The notes beneath the pieces are model-generated. The model was given only the letters and a program-made list of their open reading frames with translations, did not search any database and had not been told where the DNA came from. A DNA stretch of 64,000 bases. Source: Eledone cirrhosa (taxonomy: Eukaryota). This document shows positions 26,301 to 37,425 of this stretch, piece by piece; position 1 is the stretch's first letter; each line of letters opens with the position of its first letter. Location: positions 281,542,001 to 281,606,000 of the forward strand of contig OZ024741.1 in the NCBI GenBank assembly GCA_964016885.1, written 5' to 3'. The translations under genes were made by a program, and so were the position numbers.

Positions 26301-26818
26301 ACAGATAGTTAGGTTGTTTGCATCACAGAATTCCAGGATTCTGGCGCCTTCCTCGTTTCTAGTACCAAACCCATAGCCTTCGTGGATTCCATCATAGCCG
26401 TCACAATGTTGTCCAACGTGGCCATTTAGGTCGCCAGCAATAATTATATAGTCACTGTCGGTTATTTGGGAGGTAGTGAGCATCAGTGTCTCATAGAATC
26501 TGTCTTTTATAGCGCCAGGCAGTCCGGATTGGGGCGCGTATGCAGATATTACTGTCACAGTAGTTCTGTTTAGAACAAGTCTTATTTTAATTATTCTGTC
26601 ATTCACTCTATTTACATCTATTATCTTATCCACCCATTTTTCTGCTAACATGATTCCTACCCCACCTATCCCATTGTCATTTCCCACCCAGAAAAGCTTA
26701 TAGCAACGTTTTTTACCCACAATGAATCTAGCAGACCCGCCCCTCCACCTGGTCTCTTGGATACAGCAAACATCAACCTCCTTACGTTCAAGCAATTCTA
26801 CAACCTCATTAGAGCGGC
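23334..26818 (-). mobile_element. RTE-clade LINE, nearly complete ORF (APE + RT), 5'-truncated within APE
   Basis: CCIQETRW, SAYAPQ, GDLNGHVG, QVDYIL, AQHRL; NYRGIKL, FVDLEKAFDRV, QGSVLSPLLF, YADD, FRYLG; one stop/frameshift near 25960; 3'UTR and (GAT)n tail. Confidence 0.95.
23822..25939 (-). CDS. RTE reverse transcriptase portion (705 aa open frame) with embedded C4HC3 finger
   Basis: ORF track; canonical RT motifs. Confidence 0.85.
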   Translation of the reverse strand: MAADKVCGWSRPVGRRRVTWWWNSKVEGSIKAKKQAWKAWRDGGSREDYQVARREARRQVYFARREAEERKFKHVLQREDQKREVFRIARQCVKENRDIVWEKCVLNDDGVLAITDADKKVAWKCHYERLLNEENKWEKDSLPHIDPIEGPAVLVEGSIISKAIKDMKTGKAAGPSEIVAEMLKASGTVGHTMVTRIVNQVIQNGVVPKDWRSSIIVNCYKGKGDALDRSNYRGIKLIDQVMKVTEKVIAQLIRERIDLDEMEFGFVSGKSTTDALFIVRQLQEKYLAKSKPLYLAFVDLEKAFDRVPRSIIWWALRKLGVDEWLVRAIQAMYKETVSKVRINNEYSEEFSVKVGVHQGSVLSPLLFIIALQAITEEFKTGCPWELLYADDLTLIAESMAELEKKFQTWKHGLESKGLKINLAKTKVLVCRKENKALVPSGKWPCSVCRKGVGRNSILCPKCKVWVHKRCSGITGKLTKNTDFTCGRCSGAISSSKCPQNTSSFNCAEGSIEIVDSFRYLGDKISSGGGCSESTVARVRTGWKKFRELIPLLAAKGFTLKMKGRLYDACIRTAMLHGSETWALCAEDIRRLERNEACMLHWMCNSNIRERQSINELRKKLEIRGIRCCLIERRLRWYGHVMRMKDDSCITKCRAIKIDGSHGVGRSRKTWDELINSDLTHLHLSKTMSLDRDLWRYSVIEKTRLT

Positions 26819-27667
26819 CCAAATGCAAAGTATGGGTGCATAAAAGATGTAGTGGGATCACAGGTAAGCTAACTAAGAATATAGATTTCATATGTGGCCA
26901 GTGCTCTGGTGCAATAAGTAGCAGCAAGTGCTCACAGAATACTAGCTCATTCCATTGCACAGATGGTTCTATAGAAATAGTGGACACCTTCCGTTACCTC
27001 GGTGACAAAATCAGCAGTGGTGGAGGGTGCTCTGAAAGTACAGTAGCTAGAGTCAGAACGGGATGGAAAAAGTTCAGAGAGCTTATACCACTATGTCATG
27101 TGATGCGCATGAAAGACGACAGCTGTATAAAAAAGTGCAGGGCGATAAAAATAGATGGTAGCCACGGAGTAGGCAGACCCAGAAAAACCTGGGACGACTT
27201 GATAAATTCCGACCTCACACACTTACACCTCTCCAAGACAATGTCACTGGACCGAGATCTTTGGCGCTACACAGTAATACAGAAGACCCACCTTACCTAA
27301 GTACAAAGCGAAACCTACAGTCAGTAGGCACCTCTAACAAAATACCCCCTCCCCCGTCCCACTACGCCTTTCAATGTAAAGTTATGTTGCTACCACACCA
27401 TCCAGTGCGAAACAAATGAGGTCGTGTAGGTGTCACGACAAAAAAAAACACACAGTCCATGCTGTAATGTGGCCGTGTAGGTAACACGGTAAAAACCTCC
27501 CAGTCCACACTGTAAACGTGGTTGGTGTTAGGAAGGGCATCCAGCCGTAGAAAACCCGCCAGATAGTCCTATACGAGCAAGACAACCAATCTTGCCTCAA
27601 GTGGGAAAATTCCCATCCAAACCCATGCAAGCGTGGAAGATGGACGTTAAACGATGATGATGATGAT
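26819..27667 (+). mobile_element. 3' piece of the interrupted RTE copy (internal deletion near 27092)
   Basis: Resumes at CCAAATGCAAAGTATGG; ends in (GAT)n. Confidence 0.92.
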
Positions 27668-27670
27668 ATA

Positions 27671-28427
27671 CAGGGTGCAGACGATATTTGTTTGCAAGAT
27701 TACAGTCTAGGAAAAAATAACACAGTAGTTTTATTTTTTAAGATATATTTATCAGTTTGTCTTCATGACTTGTTCTTTCTATCTCACTCGATAAACCCAC
27801 CATTGGCTTTGATGACGGTCTCAAGGCGGCCTCGGTACCGGCTACAGGCCTTCGTCACTGTCCCCTGACTTAGGCCCCTAAAGGCGCTTGTGCTTCAGTC
27901 GCTTTTCTTGCATCACCTTTGACAGAAATTGTCCTTTCCTCATCTTGTATGAAACATAGCGAATGTCTTTATGTACCACCAGCCTAATGAGCTTTTCATC
28001 CATGCCTTTCTCCCTTGCAATGGCACGCATCGACTTGCTAGTTTCATTGTTGATGATATCCTGAACTTCAGCGACGAACTCGGGCGTTCCGAAGGCGTCA
28101 GATCGTCGATCCTGTGTTTTCCTCTCTGATGTTGCTTCATAGTCGAATCCTGAATCTTCCAATTCCTTTCTGACCTTTTCCACCATTCTCCTGCTGACGC
28201 TGAGAAAGTCTGAAATTTCCCTATTTGTCCCCCCGGCCCGGATTCAAAGAAGAACTCCGTGTCTCTTCCACAAATATGGAGGTTCAAAATTATTCATAAT
28301 CAATTATTCTGAAAATAAATAATGGAAATATAGTCACTGTTTTTATGACGACAAGAGTGCAACGGAAGTAAAAAAAAATTTGCATAAAATTACCAGTTGA
28401 AAATTGCAAACAAATATCGTCCACACC

Positions 28428-28430
<3 letters not shown>
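27671..28430 (-). mobile_element. Internally deleted maT/DD37D-like Tc1/mariner element
   Basis: 27-bp TIRs CAGGGTGCAGACGATATTTGTTTGCAA / TTGCAAACAAATATCGTCCACACCCTG; N-terminal transposase SMRAIAREKGMDEKLIR. Confidence 0.88.
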
Positions 28431-28493
<63 letters not shown>

Positions 28494-28501
28494 CAAATAG
28501 T

Positions 28502-28810
28502 AGAGAGGAAAAAGATTTTTTCAGTAGAAAATGCGGAAGAGATTCTATCAGTGTAATGTCAAAATATTTATTTATAAAGTGGATATTTCTGCATTTAATA
28601 ATACCGGTTTCAGCATTATTGGCTTTTTATTATTCCTATAAATATGCAACATAACTACATTATGCATATCCGCAGTTGAAAAAGCATATAATGCTGAACC
28701 TGATACCATTATTAAATGCGGAAATATCCACTTTATAAATAAATGTTTTGATATTATACTGAAAGAATCTCTTCAGCATTTTCTACTGAAAAAATCTTTT
28801 TCCTCTCTGT
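28502..28810. mobile_element. Fold-back MITE-like element with ~120-bp inverted arms, between (TA)n tracts
   Basis: AGAGAGGAAAAAGATTTTTTCAGTAGAAAATGC...TTCAGCATTAT mirrored by ATAATGCTGAA...GCATTTTCTACTGAAAAAATCTTTTTCCTCTCT. Confidence 0.85.
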
Positions 28811-28848
28811 TTTTATATATATCAACTTGTGTGTTACTTTTCTACATT

Positions 28849-28918
<70 letters not shown>

Positions 28919-29543
28919 GGTTCTATGACTCCTTTTGGTGGAGTCATAGAGGCGTATGGCGTATCTTGGGCATTTATACCTGGTGGAGTCCATCTCCTCT
29001 CCAAGTCTGAACATAGATTTCTTCCAGAAAAAAGATAGTAGTGGTAGATTTCCATATTCAAATTAAGCATATATATTAGAGGTATATAAGTGTATTATAT
29101 ACAATAAACATATTGGTAGCCTCTCTATCAAAGAAAAAATATTTTTTTATAACAAAAAAAAAGAATCATTTTTCTATTTTTCTCTGCAAACATGACACAG
29201 AGTGTCAGTAGCAGTTGAGATAGCCAGGCAGCGCTCTTCCAAGATTTGTTAATCTTTCATCAGTGACAGTTACTCAACCAATAGTGTTATGGAAATAGAC
29301 TAGAGTGAATGTCATTAATGAATGATCAGTGAATCTTGAAACAGCACTGTTTTGCATTCTTAGCTGCCACTGACATGTTCACAGAGAAAAATGGAGAAAG
29401 TTAGCAAAAAAAGACTCCAATTGTTTTTCAACATCTTTTTCCTATATTTTACCCATATGGGATATATTGATAGTCTGCAGTACTGGGACCAAGAAAATCA
29501 CAAATAAAAAAGTACTTGGTACAATGGTAAGATGCAGAGTGGG

Positions 29544-29660
29544 TATATTAGTAAAAGTAGGGGAGCTACCAGGAGCTCAGCAGTTTCAGCTAGTTACCTC
29601 TTTGAAGTAACTAGCCGAACCCAACAAGCTCGCAGTAGCTCCCCTACTTCCACTAATATA
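29544..29660. repeat. ~115-bp imperfect hairpin
   Basis: TATATTAGT..AAGTAGGGGAGCTAC / GTAGCTCCCCTACTT..ACTAATATA and inner GCTAGTTAC / GTAACTAGC. Confidence 0.85.
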
Positions 29661-30238
29661 TATATATATATAAATACATACACACACATACATACAACAA
29701 GCTTGTGTGGTTTCTATCTAACAAATTCTACTCACTAAACATTTGTTAACCCAAGGCTATAGTAAAAGACACTATTAAATTTTAAATTATTTCTCTCATA
29801 TGAAGCTATAGCAATTTAGAAATGTATATGGCAAGGAACGGATTTCTTTGTGCTCATTTCAGTGTGAAATCCATTTCAACTTGTTATATTATTATGTAAT
29901 TACTTTAACAACAAGGAATTGCAATTACCCAAGTGCTTTAAGTTTAAACTTCTATGGTGTTGTAGTATTAAAGCCTCAAGTATTCTCTAAAATACTGATT
30001 GCATTGGATTTTTTTGTCCACCTATCACATAAATACTATAACCACACAAAAACATAAAAAGATTTCATGGGACATAAATGTAAGACCAAAAAGAATTGAA
30101 GTGGAGGGATGTTCTAAATTTAAAATGCATTTTCTTACAAAAGTACTGTATACCCCCCCCCCTCTCTCTGTTAGAAAAAAGCACTCAGTCAATTCATGTT
30201 TTAGCTCTATCAGTGCACTATGTTTTAGTAGTATTTAC

Positions 30239-30300
30239 TTAGTTGCATCAAAACTGGTAAGAAGAGAAGATAAAGAATGACTCCTTAGAGGAACATTGAA
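30239..30300 (-). other. Putative 62-nt host exon (FNVPLRSHSLSSLLTSFDAT)
   Basis: TTTCCTGTAG| ... CTAA|GTAAAT; phase-compatible with the flanking candidate exons; donor is weak. Confidence 0.35.
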
Positions 30301-30821
30301 CTACAGGAAACTGATAAATAGTTTGTTGGTCTAGTCTTCCTAGCACAGAGAAGGAAATACAATAGTATAGACTGGTATAATAATATTACTTATTAGACTA
30401 TGATACATATATAGGAAAAAATTAAAGGCTGTTATACACATGTGCAATGTCTGTCGAAACAGTGAGACACATTTGTGAGTGTAAACGGAAGGTGGTAATA
30501 GTGATAGCTGCAAACAAAGAAATGAGTAGTGAAAAAATACGCAAGGTAGAGAAGACTGTAGCATATAATACAAACACATGTGTATGTATGTGTGATTGTA
30601 ATCAGACAAAGGGCCCCTTTAAAATGTTTAACTATACATACAGAGAAATTATTTATGCATACTTGTTTTTGAAATAGGTACATCATATACCTGCATGTTG
30701 TAAGAGTCAACTAAAAGAAAAAGGTTGGCACCAGGAAGGCCACCCAGCTGTAAAACATTTTCTCAAAGCATCCCATCCAACCCATGCCAGAATGAAAAAA
30801 AATCAACTTAAAAACGATGAT

Positions 30822-30859
<38 letters not shown>

Positions 30860-31458
30860 TGTGTGTGTGTGTGTATACACACAACAGTAACAGCAACAAC
30901 CTCAAATTATACCGAGATCAATACTAGTAACTATTTCACCATCTAAATATAGCTTTGTGGTTTTATAATGCAAGTAGCATTTTCCCCCCTCTAAGTTTCC
31001 AAATAGAAACATTTGAGAGGGAGAGAAAGGTATTCAGTGTGAAGTTGATCAGGAAGAATGTAATGAATGTTAGTCTGAAATTTTATAGATCTTGTTCTGC
31101 TTGGGAGAGTACATTCAGTAAAATTTATAGCAAAGCTTACTTAACTGGAACAAGAGCCAGTGTTCCAACAGTGGAAATGTAGAGAGGTATCAGTTAGTTA
31201 CAGAATACTCCTCAACTCCAACAATCAACAACAGTCAATATATTTGGAATAGGACCAGCTTTATTTAAATTGTTGAAATATATAATGAAACAATGACAAC
31301 AAATAAATGAATAGTATCTTTTATACCAATGAAATGATTCTTTAACTCTTTTGATACCAACCTCTAACCAAACCCACCTTTTTAAAAGTGTCCCTGTTTA
31401 AATTTAAACTTTTTAACATTATCAATCATAATAATATGCTACATGTGTTTGTGTTCGA

Positions 31459-31499
<41 letters not shown>

Positions 31500-32150
31500 T
31501 GTTGTTCTTTAAAACTTACAGTCACAGTGATGTTGCCACAATAACTTTACTTTCCAATCACAACCACCTTGATTCCAACCTAACATTTGTTGTCCCTGTA
31601 AATAGTTATTCATACATGCTGAACATTTATGTAACTATATTATTAAAATATCATGCTTTTCTTTAATCACTTCCATGTATCACTAATCAACATATAAACT
31701 GTAAGGTTTCTCTTAAGCAAACCATACATTTATCAAAACACAAATTTCCCAGTGTGTATGATTGCTCATATAACCAATAATCCTGATATATATGACATAC
31801 CAATCCTGGACTCTGAATGCCATCATTACTGATCCACTAGTTATATATAAAAACCTTGTTATAAACACCTTAATAATGAAATCTTCAAAATTCTTCATTA
31901 ATTAAATGAAAAACTGTGTATGTTATTAGAAATATGGTCATGAAAGGGTTAACAAAATAGCAGCAGCTAATGTTATGCTTGCTATTTATTTCATTTTGTG
32001 AATTCACCTTAAACGCAAAGATAATTTCAGATTTAAAGTGTATTTGAAATTATCACCGACATTGTATTTTAGTATCTGCTTTTCTATAATTGCTTCATGT
32101 GTTGGATTAGTTTATCATACAGCTTGAGAAATACATTAGTCATTATTTAA

Positions 32151-32350
32151 CCCTTTAGCATTTAAACTGGCCGTATCCAGCCAGAATTCTCTCACCTCAT
32201 TCTGTTCAAACCAGCTATAATCGGTCACTCATACTGGTATTAAGGTATTGTTCTCAAAATAAATAATCTCAAAATCTCATAGAATTGATACTATGCGAGA
32301 TAATAATGAAAATACAATAGTAAATATAGAGTAACGTAAATGCTAAAAGG
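32151..32350. mobile_element. piggyBac-like MITE
   Basis: TTAA|CCCTTTAGCATTTA ... TAAATGCTAAAAGG|TTAA. Confidence 0.85.
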
Positions 32351-33552
32351 TTAATGTCTGTTTTCTTTGCTAGGAAAAGTTGGGTCGGTATTCAGGTGGA
32401 GCTACTGACCTCTCAGATGGGCCGGGAGCCTGCATCTCACATACACTACTGAATACTCAGACAGGATGGAGGCTTACATCTTACATGCCAGCCCTTGCTA
32501 GCATGAAAACCAGATGTTAAATTACACTGACAGAAAAAAAAGAATGGAAAGTAATTAAATTGTTGTCATTAGTTTTGAAAAGATATTTAAAGATTCCAAA
32601 TGTTATTAAACTAGACAATGAATTGGCAGAATTGTCAAAATGCTGGAGAGAATGATTTGCAGTATCTGTTTCAGCTCTCTGCATTCTGTTTTTAAAACAC
32701 GCTGCCTTTTATCCTTTCAAGATCAATAAAAAAAGTACCAGTTGAGTACTGGGTGGATTCATTCTCTCTCTCTGTCTATCTCCCTCCCTCTCTCTCTTTG
32801 AAAGAAATCGGCTCTGTTCAGACCAGGAGAGAAGATGGATTTCCATTAGGTTTAAAATGCCCAAGAAATGCTGTAGTAACAAGAGCATCCCTACAGATCT
32901 ATCAGTAGTTAAGGGCCCATACATACAAATAGGGACCCAAGTCATCGACATACTCAAGGTGGACCCTGGAAACTGATCTCTGATCTCGATCAGGTTAACA
33001 AAACAACAAGCTGAGACAGCAACAGTCTCATACACAAGAAGAAAAAGAAAGACATACAAATATCATCAAAGGAACAAAAATAGTCAGTGTATGAGTACAA
33101 TGTTATTATTCTCCAATTAAGGATCTGGTTTCTTATATTTCCCTTTTTCAGATGCAATACATAATACAACTAACATAGTTTACAACATTTTCTAGATTAA
33201 TATGTTACACTAAATTTGACCTCTTTCATTCCTGTTGAGATAAGCCCTGATACGCTGTTTTATTCCAGGCTATTTAAGTAGGTTGTATATTTTTATCCCT
33301 CATAATTATGGAAGCTGTAACTAGGAAATCATGATGCTACATAATAACATCAATACAAACTAATTAAAATCACGTGAGAAAGTATCAAGCAACACCAGCT
33401 CAGCAATTGCTACTATTGGTCAACAAGCAACATAGTATATTCATATTACAAAGAGATTAATCTGTAAAATTACTTTATGAGTTTGAAAGTCTTTTACATT
33501 TTATTTTGGGAAAAGGCCATGCATTCTAATAATCATTGCCTGTACAGGTAAT

Positions 33553-33824
33553 GTGAGTGAGTGAGTGAAGAGTGAGTGAGTGAAGAGTGAGTGAGTGAAG
33601 AGTGAAGAGTGAAGAGTGAGTGAGTGAGTGAGTGAGTGAGTGAGTGAGTGAGTGAGTGAGTGAGTGAGTGAGTGAGTGAGTGAGTGAGTGAGTGAGTGAG
33701 TGAGTGAGTGAGTGAGTGAGTGAGTGAGTGAGTGAGTGAGTGAGTGAGTGAGTGAGTGAGTGAGGAGTGAGTGAGGAGTGAGTGAGGAGTGAGTGAGGAG
33801 TGAGTGAGTGAGGAGTGAGTGAGT
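33553..33824. repeat. (GAGT)n microsatellite
   Basis: Direct inspection. Confidence 0.97.
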
Positions 33825-33949
33825 CCGCCTGTGAGCCAATGATGTCTCCCTCACATTTCTTGAGCAGAAAGGACAAGATGAATAATATCAGAGAGAGACT
33901 GTCCCCCTGAAATATGCGTGTGCGTGTGTATATATAGAGAGGGGGGGGG

Positions 33950-34110
33950 GGATAGACCAATAAAGAACTAGGCAGAGGTAGTGAGAGCTGATCTCAAATT
34001 GCTGAGACTCAGAGAGGAGAATTACGAAGGAACGCGGAAAATGGAGGGATGCCATGCTAAGAAGGACCTGTCCTACCCACACAAGCATGGAATCATGGAC
34101 GTAAGACGAT
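33950..34110 (+). mobile_element. RTE 3' end fragment
   Basis: Homologous to 2730-2880 and 9890-10020. Confidence 0.7.
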
Positions 34111-34974
34111 ATACATGTATATATGGTTTTAAAAAAAATGGGGTTTTACATTGAGATTTTTATTCATTCACATTCATTAACAATCCAGTATTGGTATGTG
34201 TGGTATCAGGTGCCAGTGATGAATTAGTACTCTGAGGGGTTTATCTTAGTGAAGTACAATGATTGGGGCAGCAGGTAATTCCTCCTCTTCAAGGGCACCC
34301 AGTTGGTGTGTTGTCATCACTTGCATACATGGTTTGGTGCTCCTAAATCTTTTTACTGTTATTATCCCCACAAGGTGGGTGGGTGAGCGAGCGAGTGAAG
34401 GTAGATAAGGTTTTGTTTATGTATGTCAGGAATGAATGTTTAAACAAGAAAGCTGCTAACCAGAGAGTGACTTGACGGGATCCTGTGAATCGTATAGCAT
34501 AAATATCCAAGCAGCTGAATATAGTATATAGGTTCAGAAGAGATCATGGAGTATATTAAGGTAGTGGAATTCAACAATTCACTACTATAAGCTTTCTGAT
34601 GAAGTGTAATAATTAAGTATTGCATATGATTGAGCAATATATATTGTAGTCAGCATATGTAGACAATTTATAATAGATACAGAAACATATGTCAAAGCAA
34701 ATAAATTTATGTCTTCATGCTGATGTTTTATTTTTCTTGGTGCAATACTTGCTCACACACACACAGAGTTTTTGTTCATTTTCCAAATAATTTACTTTTC
34801 CATTTCTGCCACTGCTCATTCTCCTCTATCTTTCTGTTTCTTTAATTTCTTATTCTATTTTCTGATTAAAGACTAGCATCTGAAACGTTAAGACTCTTTT
34901 CTTACTATATCAAATGTAAAACAAATATATTTCTTCATTGTACTGTGCTTGCTTTGTTATTTCTCTTTGCTTTT

Positions 34975-35012
<38 letters not shown>

Positions 35013-35449
35013 ATGAAAAATTTGGGACCTGGACAGCTGAGCTTTGACCATTTCAGCAACTAGATCTGTGTGTATAGGTGTGGTGTGTCTGATCACGAAT
35101 GCAGCGGCAAGTGAGCTTCCCAGCATGTGTGAGTGTGTGTGTGTCAGTGTGTGCATTGGTTGGTCTATACCCATGTATATATACATTTGAATTGGGATGT
35201 CCTCAGATGAGATTTTAGTTTTGCTTGATTAAACAGCCTGATGAGCAGATTGGGGCTGGAGCCAGGTCTATAACACTGATATGGATCCTGAGCCACCCCT
35301 CTGTGAAATGTTTGTAACGGAGCCTAATCAATAAAAACTTCAATGTGAAACCTCATTTTGTTCTTATAGAGTACTAATGTTGTTGCCTTCTTCAGTGAAC
35401 CACAAATCTACTGAATCACCTAATATATATATATATAAATATATATATC

Positions 35450-35622
35450 ATCACCATCATCATCATCATCATTTTACATCCGCTTTTCCCTGCTTGCAAA
35501 GGTCGGATGGGAACTGATTCTGGCTTGATTTTTACAGCTGGATGCCCTTCCTAACAACAACCTCATTTACAGTGAGTACTGGGTGCTTTTTTGCTGTGGC
35601 ACCTACACGACCACTTTGCAGT
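35450..35622 (-). mobile_element. RTE-tail non-autonomous repeat
   Basis: (CAT)n followed by CAGCTGGATGCCCTTCCTAAC. Confidence 0.7.
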
Positions 35623-35659
35623 GGAATGATAGGGACCCCAGTCCTATCATCTCATTTCT

Positions 35660-35792
35660 ACAGCCGAGTTAACTGGAGCAATGTGAAATAAAGTGTCTTG
35701 CTCAAGGAAACAACACATCACCCGGTCTGAAAATTGAACTCACAACCTTTCGATTGCAAGACCAATGCTCTAACCACTAAGCCATGTGCCTC
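35660..35792 (-). mobile_element. tRNA-derived SINE (family B)
   Basis: Minus strand GGCTTAGTGGTTAGAGC...GAGTTCAATT...TTGAGCAAGACACTTTATTTCAC; copies at 40300-40475 (+) and 43465-43610 (-). Confidence 0.8.
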
Positions 35793-35989
35793 CATATATA
35801 TATATATATGTTCAGTAAAAAAGTTATTTTGGTAAAAACTGGAGTAAGCAGGAGAAAGCTCTCTACATTTGCTTTATGTAATCGCAGCATCTTAATGCTA
35901 TTTATATTTATATATATATATACACACCTACGTATGGGTAGTGTGTGTGTGCGTATATGTTGGCATGACCCAGGACAGGTTTAAAATCA

Positions 35990-36310
35990 GGTTTTATGCA
36001 CATGTTGCTTCTTTTAAGCACTCCGATAAATGAACAGCAACGGCCCCCGCAAGTAAGGTGTGGGAATTCAAGGATAAAAACATCCCGTACTCTATCGATT
36101 GGTCTATTTTAGACCATTCGAGGGAGTACCAAAGGGGCACAAAGAATTGTTCTTTGTGTACCACGGAAAAATATAGGATTTTGCTAAATTTGAAAGCCAC
36201 TTCTGCTTGCCTGAACTCAAAGACCGAGATCTTCAGATGTTGTCCTCATCTGAAATCACATCTGATCTGTAACTGGATTGACATTCCTATGATAACTCAA
36301 CCACCTTGAA
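35990..36310 (+). mobile_element. Penelope-like element, GIY-YIG endonuclease C-terminal fragment
   Basis: SKVWEFK..IDWSIL..Y....NCSLCTTEK..I....LNSKTEIFRCCPH pattern, which I recall from PLE endonuclease tails. Confidence 0.65.
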
Positions 36311-36497
36311 CTCCTCTGCTCTTTACTTCCACTACGGTTTTTTTACCTGCTGAATCCACGTTCTGTACTCTCGTATTCTCTTTCTCCCTTATCTCCCCTT
36401 ATATTTAAACCTTTTCTTATGTCATTTATTTCCCCCCTACTTTCTGCCTTACCCATCACATACCAAATTTTTTTTATTTTTAGATATTTATATTTTT

Positions 36498-36516
36498 TGT
36501 GTGTTGCGTATATGTA

Positions 36517-36579
<63 letters not shown>

Positions 36580-37425
36580 GTGTATGTATATGTGTGTGTA
36601 TATGTATATGTGTGTGTATATGTATATGTGTATGTATATATGTGTGTATATGTTGTTTATATCTATCTGTATGTATATGTATATATAATTGTATATTATA
36701 TATTTCTGTTGTATTTGTGCGTGTGTGTATGTATATATGTATATATGTATATATGTGTATATATATATATATATGTATATATGTGTATGTATGTAAGTAT
36801 ATATAGATTTAATGTGTGTGTATGGGCGTGTGTATATTTGTGCGTGTATATGTATTTTTTATATAATGGTTTTGTGTGTATATATATAATAGCCTCAGAA
36901 ACGGCTTGAGTTCTGTTATTTTTTTATCTTATATTTATTTGTGTGTGTGAGTATGTAGGTGTGTGTATATATTTCTGTATTTGTGTATGCGTGTATATAT
37001 GTGTGTATGTATGTGTATGTATGTACGTGTGTATGTATGTGTGTGTATGTATGTGTGTGTATGTATGTGTATGTATGTACGTGTGTATATATGTTTGATT
37101 GTGTGTATGTATGTGTATGTATATATGTATGTATATGTATGTGTATGTATATATATATATGTATATGTGTGTGTATATATATGTATGTGTGTGTATGTAT
37201 GTATATATATGTTTATATATATATATATATATATATATGCATGTGTGTGTGTGTGTATGCACGTTTGTGTATTTGTATGTATGTGTATGTATGCATATGT
37301 TGATATTTATGTGTGTATGTATGTGTATGTATATATATACACATATGTGTGTGTGTATGTATGTGTGTATGTATATATATATATGTGTATGTATATAATT
37401 GTGTGTGTGTGTGTTTGCATGTGTG
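36498..37425. repeat. Compound (TA)/(TG)/(TATG) microsatellite
   Basis: Direct inspection. Confidence 0.95.

Noticed and set aside
25866-26987. 373-aa ORF with an apparently novel N-terminus fused to APE endonuclease
   Set aside because: The N-terminal ~56 aa are antisense translation of the neighbouring plus-strand RTE across the insertion junction.
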